Source: an uncultured Desulfarculus sp.
GTDB taxonomy: Bacteria; Desulfobacterota; Desulfarculia; Desulfarculales; Desulfarculaceae
Direction: 5' to 3'
NCBI GenBank assembly: GCA_963665125.2
Contig: CAXXUK010000001.1
Coordinates: forward strand, 2,016,001 to 2,080,000
Length of the DNA: 64,000 bases
The position numbers and the translations under genes are program-made. This document shows positions 56,743 to 64,000 of the stretch, piece after piece (position 1 is the stretch's first letter; every line of letters starts with the position of its first letter). The notes below the pieces were generated by a model that was given only the letters and a program-made list of their open reading frames with translations, made no database searches and had not been told where the DNA came from.

Positions 56743-57555
56743 TCAGCCCACAATGATGGCGCCACAGGTGGCCAAGTCCTCCGGCCGGAGGTTGTACAGG
56801 GCGTCCAGCAGGGCCACCTGGAAACTGCCCGGCCCGTTGCAGCCCAGGGCGGCCTTGGACCCGGCCAGGCCCAGATAAGCCAGTGCGCCGGCGGTGGCCG
56901 TCATCGGGTCCGGCTCCACGGCTATAAACGCGCCCACCAGGGCCGTGGCAGTGCAGCCCATGCCCGTGACCTTGCCCATCAGGGGATGCCCGCCGCTGAC
57001 GCGCAGCACGGTGTCGCCGTCGGTCACCAAATCTTCAGGGCCGGTGATGGCCACTACTGTCCGGAGTTCCCGGGCGATCTCTCTGGCCGCTCCGGCTGCC
57101 TGGTCCACGCTGTGCGTGGAATCGACGCCCTTGGTGGCCCCGGCCTGGGTGGTCATGGCCATGGCCTCGGAGGCGTTGGCCCGGACCACGGCTATGGACT
57201 GCTCGGACACCAGGCGCATGGAAGTCTCGGTGCGCAGTTTGGTGGCCCCTGCGCCAACGGGGTCGAAGACCACGGGCACGCCCATGTCATTGGCCTTGCG
57301 GCAGGCGCTGATCATGGCCTCGATCCACTTCTGGTTCAGGGTGCCGATGTTGATGACCAGGGCTCCGGCAATTGCCGCCATTTCCTCGACCTCGGTCCTG
57401 GCGTGAGCCATCACCGGCGAGGCGCCGCAGGCCAAAAGCGCGTTGGCCGTGTTGTTCATGACCACGAAGTTGGTGATGTTGTGGATCAGCGGGCTCTTGG
57501 AGCGGATTGTCTCCAGGGCCTCGGCCGCCTTTTGGGTATAGATGTCTGTGCTCAT
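56743..57555 (-). CDS. thiM: Hydroxyethylthiazole kinase
   Basis: 'PLIHNITN.V', 'GASPVMA', 'INIGTL', 'DPVGAGA', 'VTGMGC'. Confidence 0.96.
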   Translation of the reverse strand: MSTDIYTQKAAEALETIRSKSPLIHNITNFVVMNNTANALLACGASPVMAHARTEVEEMAAIAGALVINIGTLNQKWIEAMISACRKANDMGVPVVFDPVGAGATKLRTETSMRLVSEQSIAVVRANASEAMAMTTQAGATKGVDSTHSVDQAAGAAREIARELRTVVAITGPEDLVTDGDTVLRVSGGHPLMGKVTGMGCTATALVGAFIAVEPDPMTATAGALAYLGLAGSKAALGCNGPGSFQVALLDALYNLRPEDLATCGAIIVG

Positions 57556-57578
57556 TTTTCGCTCACAAAAGGATGCTT

Positions 57579-58205
57579 TCAGATTCCCATGGCCTTGATC
57601 AAATCAGCGGCGGCTTGAACCGGGCTTTCCTGGCAGCACACGGCGGAGATGACCGCGATGCCGTATGCTCCGGCGGCCATGACCCTCTCGGCGTTGGTCT
57701 GATCCACACCGCCGATGGCCACCACGGGTATATTTAAATTTTTGCACACATCGGCCAGCTTATCCAGGCCCGTGACCGGTCCGGCGTCATCTTTGGACGT
57801 GGTGGAAAAAACAGGCCCCAGGCCCACGTAATCGGCCCCGGCTGCCTGGACGCCCAAGGCCTGCTCCAGGTCGTCAGCCGAGCCGCCGATAATTGCCTGG
57901 TGGCCCAACATCTGCCGGGCCTTGGCAATGGGAAAATCATCCTGGCCCAAATGCACGCCGTCGGCTTCAACAGCCAAAGCCACATCGATACGGTCGTTGA
58001 TGATCAGGGCCACACCGGCGCCGGAACACACGGCCATGAGCTGCCGGGCCGTCTCGATCATCTTGTTGGTGGGCTGGTTTTTTTCACGATACTGGATGAC
58101 GTCGGCGCCGCCCTCTATGGCGTAGCGGGCCAACTCTACATGTGAAAAGCGGGTTTGCAGGGATGTGTCCGTGAGAACGTGCAGGCGTCCGACTGGATTC
58201 AACAC
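57579..58205 (-). CDS. thiE: Thiamine-phosphate synthase
   Basis: 'QYREK', 'INDRIDVA', 'GVHLGQDD', 'GPVFSTTSK', 'VAIGG'. Confidence 0.96.
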   Translation of the reverse strand: MLNPVGRLHVLTDTSLQTRFSHVELARYAIEGGADVIQYREKNQPTNKMIETARQLMAVCSGAGVALIINDRIDVALAVEADGVHLGQDDFPIAKARQMLGHQAIIGGSADDLEQALGVQAAGADYVGLGPVFSTTSKDDAGPVTGLDKLADVCKNLNIPVVAIGGVDQTNAERVMAAGAYGIAVISAVCCQESPVQAAADLIKAMGI

Positions 58206-58343
58206 GGGCTCCTTTCTGCTGGGTTTGGTCAGGGTTTGTCGACTTGATTAGAGGTATTTCCCAGATAATCGTTCTCGAGTCAACACAAGCGTAACAGATT
58301 TGCTGCAATTTTGCCTTGACTTGGCAAGCGCCCTTGAATGAAT

Positions 58344-58374
58344 ATGAATACATTCATTAAATGAACGTATTCAT
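58344..58374. promoter_or_regulatory. Tandem palindromic operators ATGAAT-AC-ATTCAT and ATGAA-CGTA-TTCAT
   Basis: Two 14-bp palindromes 3 bp apart, together forming a near-perfect 31-bp inverted repeat just upstream of a tetR start. Confidence 0.7.
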
Positions 58375-58386
58375 TGGGCGGGAATC

Positions 58387-59034
58387 ATGGGCACCAGCCA
58401 AAGAAAAGACCGGGAAAAAGAGGCCCGCCGGGAGCAAATCCTCCAGGCGGCGGCAAAGTTATTCAGTGAAAAGGGATTCGAAGCAGCCACCATGGCCCAG
58501 ATCGCCCGCCAGGCCGAATTGGCGCCGGGCACGCTCTATCTGTACTTTAAGAGCAAGGACGAGCTGTATTTCGCCCTATTGGAGCCCCAGCTCCAGGCCC
58601 ATTTGCAATGCAGCCGCCGGATCGCCGACGACGACCCAAACCGGCCCGCCGACGAGGCCATCAAACTGCTGTTAAACGAGTCGGCACGCTATTACCTGGA
58701 AAATCCGGGCATGATCTACCTGCTGACCAGCTACCACGCCCAGAAATACCGCAAACTGTTCACCGCCGAACGCTTCGACCAATTGCGCAGCGTGATGCGG
58801 GCCAACGCCGATGTTCTGGTGGAACTGTTGGAGCGGGGCGTCAGGCAGGGGATATTCGAGCCCATGGACAGCTGGGCCACCTCGATTTTAATCTGGAACA
58901 TGTCCATGGGCATGATCCAGGGTCAGGAGGCCCGCGTGTTCTCGGGCAAGCAACACCGGGGCTATGAGGCGGTGGCCAGGGCCCTGGATCTATTAATAAA
59001 CGGACTCACACGGCGTACGCCGCCGGACAAATAG
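58387..59034 (+). CDS. TetR/AcrR family regulator
   Basis: 'LFSEKGFEAATMAQIARQAELAPGTLYLYFKSKDEL'. Confidence 0.93.
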   Translation: MGTSQRKDREKEARREQILQAAAKLFSEKGFEAATMAQIARQAELAPGTLYLYFKSKDELYFALLEPQLQAHLQCSRRIADDDPNRPADEAIKLLLNESARYYLENPGMIYLLTSYHAQKYRKLFTAERFDQLRSVMRANADVLVELLERGVRQGIFEPMDSWATSILIWNMSMGMIQGQEARVFSGKQHRGYEAVARALDLLINGLTRRTPPDK

Positions 59035-59060
59035 ACCTACACGAACCCGGGAGGAAAATC

Positions 59061-59765
59061 ATGGCCGAGCCCCAATACCCCACCAAAGAAGGCATCTGGT
59101 CCAAGGGCCAACGCGGCGAGGAAAAATACGAGAACGTGAAGTTGGGCCTGCCCTATCAAAAGGCCGTGGAGAGCCTTCGCGGGGCCTTGCAGGGCCGCGA
59201 AGACTTTGACCCGGCGGTGTTGTTCGTCTGGGGCACCATGCAGGCCATGGCCGTGCTCAACATCCTCAAGGCCGTGGAAAAGGCTTTTGGCGCCGAAGGC
59301 CAGGAAATTGTCCGCAAGGCCATAAACAAATCCGGCTGGCGGGCGGCCAAGGAGATGCTGGCCAATTCCGACTTTCCCGAGGGGCTCAGCGAGGCCGAAA
59401 TGGGCTCGTTCGTCACCACGGCCATCAACACCGTGCTCTATGCATCCCTGGAAAAACCCTGGATCGAAAGCGACAAACGTTATGACTTCGACATCCTGTG
59501 GTGCCCCCACCAGGACATGTACACGGCTTTCGATTGCCGTGTGCAGCGTTATTTCGTCGAAGGCATGCTCGACGCCATGGAAGATTCGGGCATGCCCAGG
59601 GCGCTGCCCATCGTGGACATGATCATCCCTCACGGCGACGACCACTGTCATTTCTTTGTCCAACTCATGGAAGACAGCGAGGGCCGCAATCCCTGGCACG
59701 ACTACTCCGACGACCTGGCCAAGAAGGCCCTGGATCGGGTTGACGTGGAGTTTGAAAAGAAATAG
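59061..59765 (+). CDS. Hypothetical protein, ATC-hydrolase/V4R-like fold
   Basis: 'WCPH...DC......G' and C-terminal 'IPHGDDHCHF' resemble the Cys pattern of the L-2-amino-thiazoline-4-carboxylate hydrolase family. Confidence 0.6.
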   Translation: MAEPQYPTKEGIWSKGQRGEEKYENVKLGLPYQKAVESLRGALQGREDFDPAVLFVWGTMQAMAVLNILKAVEKAFGAEGQEIVRKAINKSGWRAAKEMLANSDFPEGLSEAEMGSFVTTAINTVLYASLEKPWIESDKRYDFDILWCPHQDMYTAFDCRVQRYFVEGMLDAMEDSGMPRALPIVDMIIPHGDDHCHFFVQLMEDSEGRNPWHDYSDDLAKKALDRVDVEFEKK

Positions 59766-59774
59766 GAGGCCCTG

Positions 59775-61220
59775 GTGGCTCTGTTGACCGGCGATGAATA
59801 TGTGGAGAGCCTCAAGGCCCTCAGCCCCGAGGTATACATCCGGGGCCAGCGGGTGGACAAGGTCTGGGACCATCCCCTGCTGCACCAGACCGTCAACCAT
59901 ATCCGTGCCAATTTCGATCGCGCCGCCGACCCGGCCAACGGCGGTAAATACACCGTGCGTTCGCCCCTGACCGGCGAAGACGTGGCCCGGGTGCAAATGC
60001 ACATCCAGGCCAGCATGGATGACGTTCTGACCAAGGCCAGGCTTACCAGGGAGATCAGCTCCCAGCAGATCTGCTCGGGCTGCATGTCCAACATGCTTTC
60101 GGTGACCTGGGCCATGGTTCACGACGTCGACCAGGCCCACGGCACGGACTATCATTCGCGGTTCCGTGATTACGTGGCCGGGCTGCAAAAAGGTGGCAAG
60201 GTCATCGCCTGGGGCATGATGGACCCCAAGGGCAACCGCAAACTACGGCCCCACCAGCAAGACCCGCCCACGGACCTGCGGGTGGTGGAGCAAAAACCCG
60301 ACGGCATCGTTGTCAGCGGGGCCAAGGTGCACACCACCTTCGGCCCGGCGGCCCACGAATTCGTGGCCGTGCCCTGCCGGGCCCTGGGCCCCGAGGACAA
60401 GGACTTTGCCGTGTCGTTCGCCGTGCCCATCGACACGCCCGGCCTCAAGCTCATCGCCCGGCCCTCGCCCGGCCCGGCGCGCCAGACCGAAATGGAAAGC
60501 CCGCTGTCGTCCAAATTCCTGGGCGTGGAGGCCATGAGCATCTTTGATAACGTGTTCGTGCCTTGGGAGCGGGTGTTCATGTGCGGCCAATGGCAGCAGG
60601 CGGGGAATCTGCCCCTGTATTTCGCCAGCCTGCACCGGCAGTCCAAATGCGCGTGCAGCGCCGGCCACGCCGACCTGTTCGCCGGGGCCGCCGCCCTGGT
60701 GGCCAGGGCCAACGGTCTCAGCGAAAACAGCGGCCACATCCGCGAAAAGATCACCGACATGATCATGGCCGCCGAAACGGCCTTCGGCTGCGCCATGGGC
60801 GCGGCGGTGGAAGGCCAAATCCACCCCAGCGGCGTGTTCATGCCCAATGCCTCCATTGCCAATTGCGGCCTGAACCACATCCGCTCCACCTTGGGCGATC
60901 ACCTGGCCGCGTTGCAGGACATCGGAGGCGGCCTGGTCACGACCATGCCCACCGAGGCGGATTGGCAGAATCCGGCATTGCGGCCCTACATAGAAAGGCA
61001 CCTGGCCGCGGGCCCCGGTTATAGCACCGAGGACCGCCTGCGGGCCCTGAACCTGTGCCAGGACCTGGCCGCCTCGCGGCTGACGGGCACGATCCTTGGC
61101 TTCACGGTCAACGCGGCCGGATCGTCCGAGACCAACCGTCTGGTGGCAAGGGTCATGTACGACCTGGAAAGCCGGATCAACATGGCCAAGGACCTGGCTG
61201 GCATAACCTCTAGGGCTTGA
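59775..61220 (+). CDS. 4-hydroxyphenylacetate 3-hydroxylase / 4-hydroxybutyryl-CoA dehydratase (AbfD) family protein
   Basis: 'TGDEYVESL', 'MMDPKGNR', 'GIVVSGAKVH', 'FDNVFVPWERVFM', 'HRQS', 'GGG', 'AGS'. Confidence 0.85.
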   Translation: MALLTGDEYVESLKALSPEVYIRGQRVDKVWDHPLLHQTVNHIRANFDRAADPANGGKYTVRSPLTGEDVARVQMHIQASMDDVLTKARLTREISSQQICSGCMSNMLSVTWAMVHDVDQAHGTDYHSRFRDYVAGLQKGGKVIAWGMMDPKGNRKLRPHQQDPPTDLRVVEQKPDGIVVSGAKVHTTFGPAAHEFVAVPCRALGPEDKDFAVSFAVPIDTPGLKLIARPSPGPARQTEMESPLSSKFLGVEAMSIFDNVFVPWERVFMCGQWQQAGNLPLYFASLHRQSKCACSAGHADLFAGAAALVARANGLSENSGHIREKITDMIMAAETAFGCAMGAAVEGQIHPSGVFMPNASIANCGLNHIRSTLGDHLAALQDIGGGLVTTMPTEADWQNPALRPYIERHLAAGPGYSTEDRLRALNLCQDLAASRLTGTILGFTVNAAGSSETNRLVARVMYDLESRINMAKDLAGITSRA

Positions 61221-62499
61221 TCCAAAGGGCCATTCCGGCCAGCAGGGCCCCGGCCGCGCCGATCGCCGGTATGGGCCGGGGCCTCAGCAAAAAGTTGCTG
61301 ATGGCCCAGGCGTAGGCCGCCGCCAGGGTGGCCACGGTGATGAACTTAGCCGTCGGCCCGATGCCGGGCATGGCCAGCAGCATCAGTTGGAACCAGATCA
61401 CAAGCGCGTAATGCGACAGATAGATGTCGTAGGAATTGGCCGCCAGATTGCGCGCCACCCTGCCCTGTGTATTCCAAAACTTCAGGCCCAGGGCCGTGAA
61501 CAGGCCCAACAAGGCGATGGACAAAAGGTTGCGGCTGAAAAATGTCAGCAGACCGAAAAGCTTCATGGTCTCGGCAGGCCCATAAAACATGATGTGGCGC
61601 AGCCAAATATAAGCAGCCAACAACACCAGCGAAGGCGCCAGCCAGGAGACGATGCCGCCATTGAACATTCCCCTGGCGGTCCAGTTGTTGCGATCGCTCA
61701 ACACGCCCAGGCCGAAGCAGGTCAGGTACATGAATACCCGCGACGGCTGGAACTGAATCACATTGAATACGCTGAACCAGACCTCCGGGTCGGTCATGCC
61801 CGGCGACGAGACGAACATCAGCATTATCACCGCGCATGACGCCAAGAATACCGCTCCGCCCGTGGCCGCGATGAACCCGGCGGTTTTTAGTCCGGTCATA
61901 TTGATGGGAGCCTGGTTGATCTCACGGTTGTCAAACCAGCCCCGCCATAGGGCGTAAGCCGCGCCGAAGATCAGAAAGAACGCCAGCAGCAGACCCAGGA
62001 ACCACATATAGCGCTGGTAGAAGATGTCCTGCTGCATCACGGTGCTCATCGGCGGCAACAGGCCGAAATCAAAGCCAAGGAAGCTTTGCATGGTGACGAG
62101 CCAGGAGTCCCAATAGCTCCGGGTCAGGATCAGGCCGCCCCTGGTGTAATGATAGACAAAAGGCACGATGGGACAGATGACCAGGCCGCAGACGAGCCAG
62201 GGCAGCCCCAGGCGCTTGAACTTGCCGAGTGTGAATGCCCCGAGTCCCTTGCGGCGGAGGACAGGCAGGGCAAACACACCGGCAATATAAAACAACATGG
62301 GCATGGTGGAGGCGTCGCAAAAGGCCATAAGCCAATCGGCCAGCATGCTCTTTTCCCGCTCGGCCACCGGCCACCAGCCAACCCTGCTGTAGGCCAGGGC
62401 GGCATGCTGGACAGCCACCAGGATCACGAACAACCAGCGCAGGTTGTCGTAAAAGTATATGCGTTCGGACTTTGAGTCTTTGCTCATGGATCGCACCAT
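61210..62499 (-). CDS. Acyltransferase family 3 (OpgC/MdoC-like) membrane protein
   Basis: 'RIYFYDNLR...V..QHA', 'MPMLFYIAG.F', 'K.KRLG.P', 'WFL..L', 'SYDIYLSH'; start 62499 or 62487. Confidence 0.88.
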   Translation of the reverse strand: MVRSMSKDSKSERIYFYDNLRWLFVILVAVQHAALAYSRVGWWPVAEREKSMLADWLMAFCDASTMPMLFYIAGVFALPVLRRKGLGAFTLGKFKRLGLPWLVCGLVICPIVPFVYHYTRGGLILTRSYWDSWLVTMQSFLGFDFGLLPPMSTVMQQDIFYQRYMWFLGLLLAFFLIFGAAYALWRGWFDNREINQAPINMTGLKTAGFIAATGGAVFLASCAVIMLMFVSSPGMTDPEVWFSVFNVIQFQPSRVFMYLTCFGLGVLSDRNNWTARGMFNGGIVSWLAPSLVLLAAYIWLRHIMFYGPAETMKLFGLLTFFSRNLLSIALLGLFTALGLKFWNTQGRVARNLAANSYDIYLSHYALVIWFQLMLLAMPGIGPTAKFITVATLAAAYAWAISNFLLRPRPIPAIGAAGALLAGMALWIKP

Positions 62500-62645
62500 T
62501 TCGGCTTGACCAGTTAATGATCAAATGCAAAAAGCTTATAATATCAACCTAATATAATCAGCCAAAGCACCGTTCATTTAATGTTGACCTTTTTAGTATG
62601 AATTACTACACTGCTGCTAAATTCAAGGTGCAAAGGAAACAGGCA

Positions 62646-63188
62646 ATGATGTTAAACACCGGCAAAACAATCTCCATCGTTCTTCTGGCAATGCTAATCG
62701 CCGCTGTTTTTCCGGCGTGGGCTGATCACCACCAGGAGAATAAACATCATGGCGACCACACCGGCCTGGCTGCGCCGCGCAACCAGCTTTATCAAGACAC
62801 CTGCGGCGGCTGCCATATGGCCTACCCCCCGTCATTATTGCCGTCAGGTTCATGGGCCAAGCTCCTACAGGGCCAGACTGATCACTTTGGCCAGGATCTG
62901 GCTATAGGGCAGGATGAGCGAACCGCGCTCTCGGCCTACCTAACCGCCAATTCCGCCAACTCCTCCGGCGCTAAAATCGCCCGTAAGATTATGCGGAGCC
63001 TTGACGGCGAGACCCCTCTGCGTATAACCGAAGTGCCCTATATCATTCATAAACACGAAGACGACGATGTCCCTGGCGGTGCCTTCAGTAGAAAATCAGT
63101 TGGCTCCATGGCCAATTGCGCTGCCTGCCATCCCGGCGCGGCCGGCGGTGATTTTGATGACGACAATGTGCGCATCCCAGCGGAATAG
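62646..63188 (+). CDS. Diheme cytochrome c (DHC family)
   Basis: Signal peptide, 'CGGCHMAYPP.LLP..SW', 'HFG', 'PLRITE', 'NCAACH'. Confidence 0.9.
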   Translation: MMLNTGKTISIVLLAMLIAAVFPAWADHHQENKHHGDHTGLAAPRNQLYQDTCGGCHMAYPPSLLPSGSWAKLLQGQTDHFGQDLAIGQDERTALSAYLTANSANSSGAKIARKIMRSLDGETPLRITEVPYIIHKHEDDDVPGGAFSRKSVGSMANCAACHPGAAGGDFDDDNVRIPAE

Positions 63189-63206
63189 TTAGATTTATAC
63201 ATTATT

Positions 63207-63470
63207 TCAGGCATTGACCGCCGACTTGAGCACGTCCTTCCAGACGGCTTGCAGGTCCTCGGTATCGATCTGAGCTTTAACCTTCAGGCAACCGCGGACC
63301 CACTGACCGATGCCGAAGTGTTGGCAGTCCAGCCACTCGTCATTATTGACGTTGTGTCTGATAGTTGCCTGTGCGTTTGGCGACAGCTTGGTCATGGAGT
63401 TGCGCACAACCAAGGCGGCCTGGGCAAACTCTGGTGAATCTATTGTCGCGTGCACTTTTTCTTCTCCCAT
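63207..63470 (-). CDS. Small hypothetical protein
   Basis: Short ORF with a plausible globular sequence ('HFGIGQWVR'); start uncertain (63470/63485). Confidence 0.5.
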   Translation of the reverse strand: MGEEKVHATIDSPEFAQAALVVRNSMTKLSPNAQATIRHNVNNDEWLDCQHFGIGQWVRGCLKVKAQIDTEDLQAVWKDVLKSAVNA

Positions 63471-63614
63471 ATGGCCAGGGCGCACCTCTGACGTAGCCGG
63501 TGGTTACGCCTGAAAGGTAACCTTTGATAATTACCTCCAGGTGACAACCCGGCGAAGTTTTCCGCAAACCACAGGCGATTGTGTTGCCCGTAATTTATCC
63601 GTGCTTACATGGTG

Positions 63615-64000
63615 TTATCGGGGCTCACCAAAGATGGGAGCCATTGCCGTACACTGGCGCTGGATTTTTCCCGTCCAATGCTCAAGGTTTTTGAAAGTAA
63701 ACTCGTAGACCACCCACTCAGGATCAATCAGATCAAACAAACGGCAGATTCCGATGTCTTCAAATGCCTCGTGCTCGTCGATCCGGCTGACATGTTCATG
63801 GGCGGCCATAAGCTTTTCCCAAAACGACCCGTCAGGCAGGGGATCAATGCCGCCGGCGCGCAGGCCGCTGACATACTCGCCCGACAGGCTGCGGGTCAGA
63901 TGCACGGCCCGGATGTGATCGGCCAGGGGCCCCATGGCCTCGACCTTGCGCAGGATATATTCCACGCCCTCGGACTCGGTGCGGATATCCTGGTTGGTGT
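63615..64000 (-). CDS. 3' part of a probable TIM-barrel (xylose isomerase-like) protein, truncated by the window
   Basis: Frame is open to the window end (TNQDIRTESEGVEYIL...); 'IRAVHL..SLSG', 'IDEH..F', 'VYEF'. Confidence 0.6.
   Translation of the reverse strand, partial: TNQDIRTESEGVEYILRKVEAMGPLADHIRAVHLTRSLSGEYVSGLRAGGIDPLPDGSFWEKLMAAHEHVSRIDEHEAFEDIGICRLFDLIDPEWVVYEFTFKNLEHWTGKIQRQCTAMAPIFGEPR

Noticed and set aside
52852..58205. Cysteine desulfurase as part of a thiamine or lipoate sulfur-supply cluster
   Set aside because: It is on the opposite strand from thiEM, separated by pepN, and far from lipA; there is no operon evidence
58206..58340. Possible TPP riboswitch upstream of thiE-thiM
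   Set aside because: The core CUGAGA and properly spaced ACCUGAU...GCGnAGG elements were not found on the minus strand; only vague resemblance

Overview
GC-rich bacterial chromosomal window. Gene content (futalosine-type menaquinone genes, multiheme cytochromes, HdrD-like Fe-S protein, acyl-CoA dehydrogenase) suggests an anaerobic Desulfobacterota-like organism; this is an inference. About 55 CDS, with no rRNA, tRNA, CRISPR array or transposase recognised. In order: an AraC/TonB-receptor/methyltransferase uptake island (1-7 kb); a 1530-aa unknown protein; M20 hydrolase-sbcD-sbcC followed by an SGNH gene bracketed by a duplicated piece of the sbcC 3' region; ubiD/ubiA-like menaquinone genes split by an AT-rich insert; and a ~16 kb TetR-associated catabolic locus (25.9-42 kb). 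That locus carries an acetoin-dehydrogenase-like complex (AcoX, E1a, E1b, E2, divergent E3) and a LipB-LipA fusion, followed without a break by an 11-heme cytochrome c/NarI-like membrane protein, an LbpA/GcvH-type lipoyl carrier, an HdrD-like CCG protein and a second lipoate ligase. This last module is the top candidate for an undescribed system: a lipoyl-carrier-linked, DsrMK/HdrDE-like membrane redox conduit. The rest holds lipid, thiamine and peptidase genes and a TetR + ATC-hydrolase-like + divergent 4-hydroxybutyryl-CoA-dehydratase-like module. All product calls come from motif recognition by eye; no database searches were run.
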